Source: Candidatus Levyibacteriota bacterium (GTDB lineage: Bacteria; Patescibacteriota; Microgenomatia; Levybacterales; UBA12049). Taken from it: a DNA stretch of 64,000 bases. Each line of letters begins with the position of its first letter. Position 1 is the stretch's first letter. The DNA lies in assembly GCA_027459745.1 (NCBI GenBank), contig DAIDHL010000002.1, forward strand, positions 191,310 through 255,309, given 5' to 3'. Shown piece after piece: positions 7,247-16,341 of this stretch. The notes beneath the pieces were generated by a model. It ran no database searches. It worked only from the letters and a program-made list of their open reading frames with translations, and was not told where the DNA came from. The position numbers were made by a program, and so were the translations under genes.

Positions 7247-9397
7247 ATGGATAATAATCAAATTTCTGATTTTCTTAAACCTGTTTCGCCACACGATGCA
7301 TTAAAAAAATTTACTATTAATTTAACTGAAGATGCGAAACAAAATAAAACCGATCCGGTTATCGGCCGTGAAGTGGAAATTCGTCGTGTAATGGAGATTT
7401 TATCTCGTCGTACTAAAAATAATCCTATTTTAATTGGTGATCCAGGAGTGGGAAAGACAGCCATCGTGGAAGGACTAGCGCAAAAGATTGTAGATGGTAC
7501 AGTCCCGACGACCTTAAAAGACAAAGAATTGTTAGTATTGGATTTTTCCCTACTTCTGGCGGGGGCTAAGTTTCGAGGTGAGTTTGAAGAAAGATTAAAA
7601 GGTATAATTAAAGGTGTCGAAGAGTCCAATGGTAAATATATTATTTTTATCGACGAGATGCATACTTTGGTAGGAGGAGGAGCTGCAGAAGGATCTTCGG
7701 ATGCTGCCAATATTTTAAAACCATCCTTGGCTCGTGGAACCATGAGAATGATTGGTGCTACCACACTTAACGAATATCGCAAATATATTGAAAAAGATCC
7801 CGCTCTCGCCCGTCGTTTTCAACCAGTTACAGTTGATGAACCTTCAATTGCCGATACAATATCTATTCTTCGAGGAATAAAAGAAAAATATGAACTACAC
7901 CACGGCATTCGTATTACTGATAACGCAATTATTGCGGCAGCTAAGCTTTCAGTGCAGTATATCCCCCATCGTTTCCTACCAGACAAAGCGATTGATTTGA
8001 TAGATGAGGCTGCGGCTGCAATTAAGATCGAAACGGAAAGTATGCCGGCTGAATTGGATAGTTTAAAGCGTAATATAACTCAGATCGAAATTGAATTAGC
8101 AGCGTTGAAGAAAGAAAAAAATGAATTAATAAGGGCTCGTAAAATACAGCAAGAAATGGAATTAAAGAGACTGAAAGACCAAGCAGCAGCTATTGAGGCT
8201 CATTGGAATGAGCAGAAGGATTTAATTCAAAAGATTCAAGAGGTTAGAGCACAAGGTGACGCTTTGCGCATTGAATTGGAACAAGCGGAAAGAGATGTGA
8301 ATTTGCAGAAAGCAGCAGAGATAAAATATGGGAAATTACCGGAACTTGAGAAAAAGCTACATGAGCAAATGGGACAATGGGAAAAAATTTCTCCTGAAGA
8401 TAGAGTATTACGCGTGGAAGTGGATGAGGATGATATTGCCAGAGTTGTATCGCGTTGGACAGGTATCCCCGCTCAACGTATGTTGGCGTCTGAAGCTGAA
8501 AGAATCAGTTCATTGGATAAAGATTTGAAAGAGCAGATCATTGGTCAGGATGAAGCAGTAGACGTTGTTAGTCGCGCAATCAAAAGAAACCGATCCGGTT
8601 TGGGAGAAAAAAATAAACCAATTGGGACCTTTCTATTTTTAGGCCCAACTGGAGTTGGCAAAACCGAAACGGCTAAAACTATCGCCAGACAATTATTTAG
8701 TGATGAACACGCACTGATTCGCATTGATATGAGCGAATATTCACAACCTCATTCCGTTGCTCGTTTGATCGGTTCACCTCCGGGTTATATCGGTTATGAC
8801 GAAGGGGGTCAGTTGACAGAAGCAGTCCGGCGAAAACCTTATTCTGTTATACTTTTTGACGAGGTAGAAAAGGCGCATCCGGAAGTGTTCAATATTTTCT
8901 TACAGCTGTTTGACGAAGGACGTCTAACGGATGGTAAAGGTGTAACAGTAGATTTTCGTAATACTATTATTATTATGACCAGTAATATTGCAAGTGAGGT
9001 TATTGCAGAAGCTAAAGATGAAAAAGATAAAAAGAGTCTTGATGATAAAGTATGGGAAATTCTAAAACATAGTTTCCGTCCGGAGTTTTTGAATCGTTTG
9101 GATGCAGTTGTTATATATAATTCTCTCTCAGCGAAAGACATAGTCAGAATAGCTGAACAACAGTTAGAAAATGTTAAGATCCGTATGAATGAGAATAATA
9201 TCGATATGCGAACTAATGATGATGTAGCATTATGGTTTGCAGAAAAAGGTTATGATCCAGTATTTGGAGCAAGACCATTGAGGCGTTTAATCGAAGAGAA
9301 ATTAGTAGACCAGATAGCTGAGAAGATTTTGGATGGAGAGATTAAGGCAGGAGATACAATTAAACCTAGGGTAGAAGATGATAGAATAGTGGTTTGA
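7247..9397 (+). CDS. clpB: ClpB disaggregase lacking the N-terminal Clp-repeat domain
   Basis: Two AAA+ modules (GDPGVGKT, GPTGVGKT); coiled-coil M-domain with AAEIKYGKLPELE; GYIG pore loop. The ORF-track TTG at 7211 is the -35 box, so ATG 7247 is preferred. Confidence 0.92.
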   Translation: MDNNQISDFLKPVSPHDALKKFTINLTEDAKQNKTDPVIGREVEIRRVMEILSRRTKNNPILIGDPGVGKTAIVEGLAQKIVDGTVPTTLKDKELLVLDFSLLLAGAKFRGEFEERLKGIIKGVEESNGKYIIFIDEMHTLVGGGAAEGSSDAANILKPSLARGTMRMIGATTLNEYRKYIEKDPALARRFQPVTVDEPSIADTISILRGIKEKYELHHGIRITDNAIIAAAKLSVQYIPHRFLPDKAIDLIDEAAAAIKIETESMPAELDSLKRNITQIEIELAALKKEKNELIRARKIQQEMELKRLKDQAAAIEAHWNEQKDLIQKIQEVRAQGDALRIELEQAERDVNLQKAAEIKYGKLPELEKKLHEQMGQWEKISPEDRVLRVEVDEDDIARVVSRWTGIPAQRMLASEAERISSLDKDLKEQIIGQDEAVDVVSRAIKRNRSGLGEKNKPIGTFLFLGPTGVGKTETAKTIARQLFSDEHALIRIDMSEYSQPHSVARLIGSPPGYIGYDEGGQLTEAVRRKPYSVILFDEVEKAHPEVFNIFLQLFDEGRLTDGKGVTVDFRNTIIIMTSNIASEVIAEAKDEKDKKSLDDKVWEILKHSFRPEFLNRLDAVVIYNSLSAKDIVRIAEQQLENVKIRMNENNIDMRTNDDVALWFAEKGYDPVFGARPLRRLIEEKLVDQIAEKILDGEIKAGDTIKPRVEDDRIVV

Positions 9398-9463
9398 TAA
9401 TTAAATAAATAAACACGTAAAGTTTAATAGTGCAAACTTTGATAGAATAAGTAATGAATATTT

Positions 9464-10066
9464 ATGAAGACTTGTAAACATTGTGGAGAGGAACTAATTA
9501 TCAAACAAACTCAGACAAAGTCATCCCAATTGCAACAGCTGTATTACTACAAAGCATATTATTTTTGTTTAAATTGTCGACGTATTTATCATGATGACAA
9601 GTTTAAGGTTATAAATCACTCTCAAGCTATGTTTAATGACCAGAATAATTTATCTGTCTCCCCTGCTGATGTTGAAATTTGGACTGACGGTGCATGTACT
9701 GGTAATGGTACGTTAGATGCTAAGGCAGCCTGGGCTTTTGTTTCCGGGAATGAAGAGCAAGCTGGTTTAGTATTAGGTAAACAAACTAATAATCGAGCAG
9801 AAGCATATGCTATTTTATATGCGTTACAGTGGGCAGCAAAAAAAGGATATAGAAATATAATTATTTACACTGATAGTCAGATATCTATATTTGGTGTTAA
9901 TAAACATTTTTCTAAGGTAAAAGTAAACCAGGATATCTTCAAAGAAATCGCTGATGTGATTAATACAAGTAAATTATTAGTTACTTATAAAAAAGTTTTA
10001 GGACATAGCGGGGATGTAAATAACGAAAGAGTAGATAAATTAGCTAATAACTTAGCTTCTCATTAA
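9464..10066 (+). CDS. rnhA: Ribonuclease HI with N-terminal CxxC..CxxC domain
   Basis: WTDGAC, TNNRAE, YTDS, V.GHSG..NERVDKLA; N-terminal CKHC and CLNC. Confidence 0.88.
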   Translation: MKTCKHCGEELIIKQTQTKSSQLQQLYYYKAYYFCLNCRRIYHDDKFKVINHSQAMFNDQNNLSVSPADVEIWTDGACTGNGTLDAKAAWAFVSGNEEQAGLVLGKQTNNRAEAYAILYALQWAAKKGYRNIIIYTDSQISIFGVNKHFSKVKVNQDIFKEIADVINTSKLLVTYKKVLGHSGDVNNERVDKLANNLASH

Positions 10067-10117
10067 AAGCAACAAACCCCATAGTGCAAAAGCTATTCTT
10101 GTGGTAAAATTTGTTTT

Positions 10118-10666
10118 ATGATAAAAGAAAACCTATTAAGAATAAAATTAGCTAATAGATTTAAGTTAACAGGCATCATGGATAACGGTATTAAAAGCAG
10201 AGTAGTTCGGGAAAGAAGTTTAGTTGACAATATGAGTAGAGATGTTTTCAATACTGCACGGCAGATGGCAATTTATGCATATTCTAGTAATTCCTTATCA
10301 CAAATAGCTGAGAGTTTGCCTAAATCTCCGAAAAATCCTACTATAGCAACTTTTATTCGCCATATGCGAAAAGGTAGACCTTTAGATGAAGGTTATATTG
10401 AAAAAATAGCACAAGCAGCATTATCTGATATTGATCGTTATACAGAAAGGATTAGAGGTAGACATAGTGATGCTTTATTTTATAGAGGTATAAATACTTT
10501 TCTTTTATTATTAAGTGTGGATATCATCAATAATGAGTCAAAATTAAGGATTCATAATCAGGAATTAAAGCTCTATAAAGCTTTAACAAAAGTCTTAGCA
10601 GAGCGTATGCATCAATCCTCTGCTATAGGACAGGAGAGACTTGCTAAAATTATCTTTTCAAGCTAG
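10118..10666 (+). CDS. Hypothetical protein
   Basis: 182-aa ORF with extended -10 (TGgTAAAAT) 7 nt before the ATG. Confidence 0.6.
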   Translation: MIKENLLRIKLANRFKLTGIMDNGIKSRVVRERSLVDNMSRDVFNTARQMAIYAYSSNSLSQIAESLPKSPKNPTIATFIRHMRKGRPLDEGYIEKIAQAALSDIDRYTERIRGRHSDALFYRGINTFLLLLSVDIINNESKLRIHNQELKLYKALTKVLAERMHQSSAIGQERLAKIIFSS

Positions 10667-10675
10667 GATAAAAAC

Positions 10676-11239
10676 ATGACTGCGTTTTTATTAACCCAAG
10701 GAATTTTGTTGATTATTATTATTTTCTTGCTGTATCTTCTTTCTTGGTTTTGGCCGCCAGATAGTCCATGGGCTCCTTGGTGGAGTACCGATAAAAAAAC
10801 TGCCTTGATCATGTGTAAAATGGCGAAAGTGAAAAAGAGTGACATGATATACGATTTAGGTTGCGGTGAAGGCACAGCCTTGATATCTGCAGCTAAAGAA
10901 TATGGAATCAAAGGAGTGGGAGTAGAAATCGATCCGTTGAGAGTATGGTACGCCAAAACAGCTGTTAGTTTTTCAGGCTTAAAAGATCGAATAACAATTC
11001 TTCGTAAGGATATGTTTAAAGTTAAGATTGAGGAAGCAAGCGTTGTATTTATTTATCTAGTTCCCAAAGCTATTCAAAAATTAAAACGTAAAATTCTATC
11101 TGAACTCAAGCCTGGTACGCGTTTAATTTGTTATCGTTACAAAATTCCCTATTTAAATTTGATTGCGGAGGATAAAGAAAGATTAATCTATGTTTATGAA
11201 ATTCCCAAAAAAGCCAAAAGTAGGAGCAGAATTAAATAG
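10676..11239 (+). CDS. Membrane-anchored class I SAM-dependent methyltransferase
   Basis: N-terminal TM, APW motif, YDLGCGEG, GVEID, ELKPGTR. Confidence 0.88.
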   Translation: MTAFLLTQGILLIIIIFLLYLLSWFWPPDSPWAPWWSTDKKTALIMCKMAKVKKSDMIYDLGCGEGTALISAAKEYGIKGVGVEIDPLRVWYAKTAVSFSGLKDRITILRKDMFKVKIEEASVVFIYLVPKAIQKLKRKILSELKPGTRLICYRYKIPYLNLIAEDKERLIYVYEIPKKAKSRSRIK

Positions 11240-11277
11240 AAATTATTCTTAAACAAGTAAATAGTAAGGGAAATAAT

Positions 11278-12306
11278 TTATTTCCTCATCCTTAAGTATA
11301 TCCACCTCAATTTGTCTGCGGCTTTTAATATTGGATACAGAAAAGGATTAATGACCAGATCATAACTTCCGATAAACTCTGTTAACTGTGGACCATATCC
11401 TTGTTTGAATCGGTGAAATCCATACCAAGGATCTTTAATATCTGGATTTGGTCCCATTGATCCCCACATATCAAACTTTTTTAAATCTTGTTGCTTGCCA
11501 AATCTTATAGCTTCCCACATCAGTAGATTACTGGCCATGGTTTCACGATTCTCACTACTGGAAGATCCATAAGGATAATAAAGAGTACCATGAAAAGTAA
11601 AAAGTACCCAAGCTGCTAAGGTTTTATTTTGGTAGTTAGCTAAAAATAGGTGATAGTTTAAATGGTTTGATGCAGATGATTTACTTGATTTTTTATTGGG
11701 AGAAAAAATAGACCACTGTAAGTGATGATATTTTTTAGTATGAGCATAAAATTTTTGTCTATTAGTTGTTTCCTGCATGATCTGCCAATACTTCTCGAAT
11801 GCATCGGCTGAATTATCTTCCACAATCTTTACCCCGTGTTTTTGAGCAACTCTAATATTATACCTGGTTTTATGATGCATGTTTTTTAATAGTTCTTCTT
11901 CTGTTTTTGTCAAATCCAAAATGAATGTATATTTTGTAAATAAGGGATGAAAAGAAGGTTGTAGAGTAGAGGTTAAAGCAGGTAGGTTATAATCTTGCAG
12001 AACATTTGGCTCTAGTTGAATATATATACATTTGTTTTCCCGGCCAATCTTGCGTAGTTCTTCTAGCATTTCCTTACTAGGTAATTCGCCTTTTGGTAAA
12101 TAACCAATAGTAAAGTTGGTATGAGGAATCTTATGGATGGTAAGTTGAAAAGCAGAAGCGAGGTGCTCATTCTCAAACAGCCCTTTTCTGACAATTTTTA
12201 TCCCTTGTGCGGCTCTAAATTCTCCCCATTCGTATGATTGCAAAGGATGCGAGACAACTGAATTGTATACATCTCGATCTTGTGATTTTATATCTTTAAA
12301 GGTCAT
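11278..12306 (-). CDS. FemABX-family peptidoglycan bridge aminoacyltransferase
   Basis: HPLQSYEWGEFR, KTRYNIRVA, YPYGSS, MWEAI, FD.WG, GFHRFKQGYG. Confidence 0.92.
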   Translation of the reverse strand: MTFKDIKSQDRDVYNSVVSHPLQSYEWGEFRAAQGIKIVRKGLFENEHLASAFQLTIHKIPHTNFTIGYLPKGELPSKEMLEELRKIGRENKCIYIQLEPNVLQDYNLPALTSTLQPSFHPLFTKYTFILDLTKTEEELLKNMHHKTRYNIRVAQKHGVKIVEDNSADAFEKYWQIMQETTNRQKFYAHTKKYHHLQWSIFSPNKKSSKSSASNHLNYHLFLANYQNKTLAAWVLFTFHGTLYYPYGSSSSENRETMASNLLMWEAIRFGKQQDLKKFDMWGSMGPNPDIKDPWYGFHRFKQGYGPQLTEFIGSYDLVINPFLYPILKAADKLRWIYLRMRK

Positions 12307-12356
12307 AAAAGTATTATAGCAGGATAGGTCGGATTATCAGTTATGAATAAAATTAT

Positions 12357-14294
12357 TTATAAATAATCAGGTAGCTCGTCTTTCTTGCGAAGTTTAACGA
12401 ATTCTTCAGAAATAACGTGCTCAGGTAACTCTAAAATAAAACGCGAAACTGTATTATTGGATCGTTGACCAAAAAACATACGCCTTCGGGCGTAGGTTAA
12501 ATAAAGTTTCTTTTTAGCTCGCGTAATACCTACGTAAGCTAGTCTACGCTCCTCTTCTAACTCATCTTTATCCATCAGACTGCGACTATGTGGAAATATC
12601 CCTTCTTCCATCCCTATCATAAACACATTTTCAAACTCTAATCCCTTAGCTGCGTGTAGTGTCATTAGGGTTACTGCATTTTGTTTTCCTGTTTTTTGTG
12701 GCTCACTAGAGTATTCTTGTTCAACTAAGGCTATATTTTCTAAAAAATCTGTAATATTAGGAAAAGTGATAGCAACGGAGCGTAATTCTTTAATGTTTTC
12801 TAGGCGCATAGCATCTTCCTCGATATTCTTATCATAAAAGTTGAGATATTCGGTGGCTCTTAATGTATCATCTAGTAAATCAATAGTCGTAAGTTTATCT
12901 TGTGGATCTTTAGCTTCTGGTACTTTTTCTTCTAACCACGCTACTGATTCCTCAAAACTAACCGACGAAGTATCATTATTGAAGACAGGTTTTTCTAGGA
13001 TTTGCTTTTGAAACTCCAAGAATTTTTTTAGTCTAGTCTTGCCAAGTTTTTCGATTCGTTTGTAGGCTACTAAATCATTGGGGTTTATCAAATAACGTAA
13101 ATACGATATAACATCCTTGATTTCTTTTCTTTCATAGAATCTAGTACCTCCGATTAATAAATATGGAATTGCATGATGTAGGAATGCCTCCTCGATCACG
13201 CGTGATTGAGCATTAGTACGATATAGTACTGCAATCGAATGTAGGTTTTTTTCTCCGATTTCTTGAATTGTTTGCACAATAAAATCTGCTTCTTCCTGTT
13301 CATTCAACCCCTCATAAATAATAATCTCTTCACCCTGTGGATTTTCCGTCCATAGTTTGAGCACTGGGTGAGATTTGTTATGACTGATAATGGTAGATGC
13401 TGCATCGAGGATCATTTGTGTGGACCGATAATTTTGATCTAGAGAAAATGTTTTGGAATGTGGATAATCTGATTGGAACCGCATTAAATTACGATAATCT
13501 GCTCCTCGCCAGGAGTAAATGCTTTGTGAAAAATCCCCAACTACGCAAATGTTTTTCCATTTCTCAGATAAAAGCTTAGTTAATACATATTGTGCACGGT
13601 TAGTATCCTGATATTCGTCAACTAAAATATATTTAAATTTATTTTGATATTTTTCCAACAAGGATGGATTGGTTTTAAATAAGTCTACGGTTTTAAAAAT
13701 TAAGTCGTCAAAGTCTACGGCATCAGCTTCTTTAAGAATTTGTTGATATAGGGGGTAAATTTGGCCTACTTTATTTTGAAAAATACCCCTAGCAAAATTA
13801 GCATAATCCTGAGGTCCTAGTAGCTCGTTTTTTGCCTGAGAGATGGCCCATAAGACTGAATTGGGTTTAAAATCTTTTTGAGAAATATCCAAGCGTTGCA
13901 TAGCTTCTTTTACTGCTTCCAGACGATCTTGATCATCATAGATGACATATGTATTTGACAAACCAACATATTTTCCTTCAATACGCAGAATACGTGCACA
14001 AAAAGAATGAAAAGTTGAAACAAAAGGGATACGTCTGGTGGTTTTAAGGGTTTTATTTTGTGTAAAATATTTGATAATTCTTTCCTTCATCTCTTTTGCT
14101 GCCTTGTTGGTAAAAGTAATCATCAAAATGTCTTCGGGGGAGACTTGTTTTTCCAATATTAAGTACATGACTTTATAGGTAAGAACCCGGGTTTTACCTG
14201 AACCAGCGCCGGCGAGAATTATCATCGGTCCGTCTGTTTGTATGACGGCTTTTTGTTGCGCTGGGTTTAGTTCCTTGAGCAGGTCATTAGTCAT
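12357..14294 (-). CDS. pcrA: PcrA/UvrD SF1A DNA helicase
   Basis: AGAGSGKT, TFTNKAA, VDEYQD, QSIYSWRGA, YRTNAQSR, TLHAAKGLEF, EERRLAYVGITRA. Confidence 0.93.
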   Translation of the reverse strand: MTNDLLKELNPAQQKAVIQTDGPMIILAGAGSGKTRVLTYKVMYLILEKQVSPEDILMITFTNKAAKEMKERIIKYFTQNKTLKTTRRIPFVSTFHSFCARILRIEGKYVGLSNTYVIYDDQDRLEAVKEAMQRLDISQKDFKPNSVLWAISQAKNELLGPQDYANFARGIFQNKVGQIYPLYQQILKEADAVDFDDLIFKTVDLFKTNPSLLEKYQNKFKYILVDEYQDTNRAQYVLTKLLSEKWKNICVVGDFSQSIYSWRGADYRNLMRFQSDYPHSKTFSLDQNYRSTQMILDAASTIISHNKSHPVLKLWTENPQGEEIIIYEGLNEQEEADFIVQTIQEIGEKNLHSIAVLYRTNAQSRVIEEAFLHHAIPYLLIGGTRFYERKEIKDVISYLRYLINPNDLVAYKRIEKLGKTRLKKFLEFQKQILEKPVFNNDTSSVSFEESVAWLEEKVPEAKDPQDKLTTIDLLDDTLRATEYLNFYDKNIEEDAMRLENIKELRSVAITFPNITDFLENIALVEQEYSSEPQKTGKQNAVTLMTLHAAKGLEFENVFMIGMEEGIFPHSRSLMDKDELEEERRLAYVGITRAKKKLYLTYARRRMFFGQRSNNTVSRFILELPEHVISEEFVKLRKKDELPDYL

Positions 14295-14402
14295 GATATA
14301 ATAAAATTATCAAAGGAGGCAAAGATATCAAATGTACCAAAGAAAAATTATTTTTGATACTGCTGATACCTTCACTGTCTTTTGTTGTTGTATTTTATCA
14401 TA

Positions 14403-15086
14403 ATGAAACAAATTTTTATTGTTGCGAATTGGAAAGCCAATAATATATTAGTCAAGGAGTGGGTAGAACGGTTTGAAGTTCAAATTGCAAACCTAGACTC
14501 TCTAAACAATAAAAAGGTAATTATTTGTCCTCCGTTTACTTTATTATCAGAATTAAGATTTTTAATTCACCAAAGAAATCTGGAATTGCAGTTAGGAGCA
14601 CAAAATATTTCAAGCTTCACTCCAGGTCCCTACACGGGTGAAGAGACAGCTGAGATGATTAAAGAGTTTGTCCAATATGTTATCATCGGTCATTCAGAAA
14701 GAAGGGCGATGGGGGAAACCGAGAAAGGAATAGATGCTAAATTAAAAGAAGCAAAAAAAGCTAATATAATTCCTATGTTATGTGTATCAAAGCTAGAGGA
14801 GATTGAAGCACAACATACAAATCTTCAAAATGACAAGAGAATATTAGTAGCATTTGAGCCATTGCAAGCTATTGGCTCAGGCAATCCCGATACTCCTGAA
14901 CACGCTAATGATTTTGCAATTTCAGTAAGAAAAATAGTAGGCGATGAGAGAAATGTCTTATATGGTGGAAGTGTGAAGGGTGACAATGTAAATTTGTTTA
15001 CTGCTCAGGAAAATATTAATGGTGTTTTGGTCGGAGGTGCAAGCTTGAAAGCAGACAGCTTCATAGAGATAATTAAAAACTCTTAA
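14403..15086 (+). CDS. tpiA: Triosephosphate isomerase
   Basis: ANWK, GAQN, GHSERR, AFEP..AIGSG, YGGSV, LVGGASL; ATG at 14403. Confidence 0.93.
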   Translation: MKQIFIVANWKANNILVKEWVERFEVQIANLDSLNNKKVIICPPFTLLSELRFLIHQRNLELQLGAQNISSFTPGPYTGEETAEMIKEFVQYVIIGHSERRAMGETEKGIDAKLKEAKKANIIPMLCVSKLEEIEAQHTNLQNDKRILVAFEPLQAIGSGNPDTPEHANDFAISVRKIVGDERNVLYGGSVKGDNVNLFTAQENINGVLVGGASLKADSFIEIIKNS

Positions 15087-15148
15087 AAATATTAATTTAA
15101 TTGTTAATTATTTATTAATCATTTATACTAAATACTTATTATCTGCAT

Positions 15149-16312
15149 ATGCGTCGTCGTCGTAATCGTGTTGCTAAATTTTTAGGATTGATTATTATAT
15201 TAGTTTTTTTTGCTGTTATTGCACTTGTCGTAGGTTATATATTGCCCTTTTTTGTCCAATACGGTAAGCCAGGAATTCATATTCCCAAAACCACTCCCGA
15301 TAATAGAATAACCTTCTTATTTCTAGGTATCGGAGGAGGAAACCATGATGGGCCACTATTAACAGACACTATTCAATTTGCCAGTGTGGATGTCAAACAT
15401 AATACGATCGATTTAATTTCTGTCCCAAGGGACTTGTGGAACCCTGCTATAAGTCAAAAGATAAATGCTACTTATGCTTTGGCTGAACAAAATCAGACAG
15501 GTAGTGGTTTAGCTGCCGCTAAATCAATAATAAGTAACGTTTTAGGTCAGTCAATAGATTATGGTTTTCGTATTGATTTTAATGGGTTTGTGAAAGCAGT
15601 CGATGAGATGGGAGGAATTGACGTGCATGTGGCTAGGACTTTGGATGACTATGCGTATCCAATTGATTCTATGACTGACGCTACATGTGGACATACCTCA
15701 CAGGAAGTGATTGATTTAACGGCCCAGGAAGCTACAGGTAGTGCTACAGATCCTCAAGCTTTTCCTTGTCGATATATGCACTTGCATGTTCCGGTGGGAT
15801 TAGTACATATGGATGGACAACTCGCTCTGGAATTTGCCCGGTCTCGTCACGCTATGGGTGTTGAAGGAACTGATTTTGCTCGTTCAGCCCGTCAGCAAGA
15901 GATCATTGAAGCTATTAGGGCTAAGTTACTTTCTACGGGCATGCTTCTAAATCCAGGCAAAATGATAGCATTATTTAATATTGTGAGATCCAGTATTGAT
16001 ACAGATATTAATACCAACGAAATTCCTGATTTTATTAAGCTTGCACAACAACTAAAATCTGCTACGATTCATAGCTATGTTATTGATTATTCCGATGACC
16101 CTAATGATCCGGGTAACTTATTAATCCAAGGTAATGCTAATGATTTTGGTGGTGCTTATGCACTTGAGCCTAGAGCTGGTTTTGGAAACTATTCGCAAAT
16201 CCACTCATTTGTGTTATGTAAAGTCCAGAACATTGACTGTCCCACTCCTACACCCAATCCAACCCTTGTTGCAAAAAATAAATTAACTCCAACTATAAGT
16301 ATCAAGCAGTAA
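15149..16312 (+). CDS. LytR-CpsA-Psr (LCP) family glycopolymer ligase
   Basis: N-terminal TM, TDTI, SVPRD, KINA.Y, GG.DV, AL.FARSR, DFARSARQQ. Confidence 0.92.
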   Translation: MRRRRNRVAKFLGLIIILVFFAVIALVVGYILPFFVQYGKPGIHIPKTTPDNRITFLFLGIGGGNHDGPLLTDTIQFASVDVKHNTIDLISVPRDLWNPAISQKINATYALAEQNQTGSGLAAAKSIISNVLGQSIDYGFRIDFNGFVKAVDEMGGIDVHVARTLDDYAYPIDSMTDATCGHTSQEVIDLTAQEATGSATDPQAFPCRYMHLHVPVGLVHMDGQLALEFARSRHAMGVEGTDFARSARQQEIIEAIRAKLLSTGMLLNPGKMIALFNIVRSSIDTDINTNEIPDFIKLAQQLKSATIHSYVIDYSDDPNDPGNLLIQGNANDFGGAYALEPRAGFGNYSQIHSFVLCKVQNIDCPTPTPNPTLVAKNKLTPTISIKQ

Positions 16313-16341
16313 TGTTATTAATTAAATATAGTTAGAATAAT

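Noticed and set aside
14479-14570. Possible heptamer traces in tpiA, and at the pcrA start and the FAD oxidoreductase end
   Set aside because: Only two units each, too few to support
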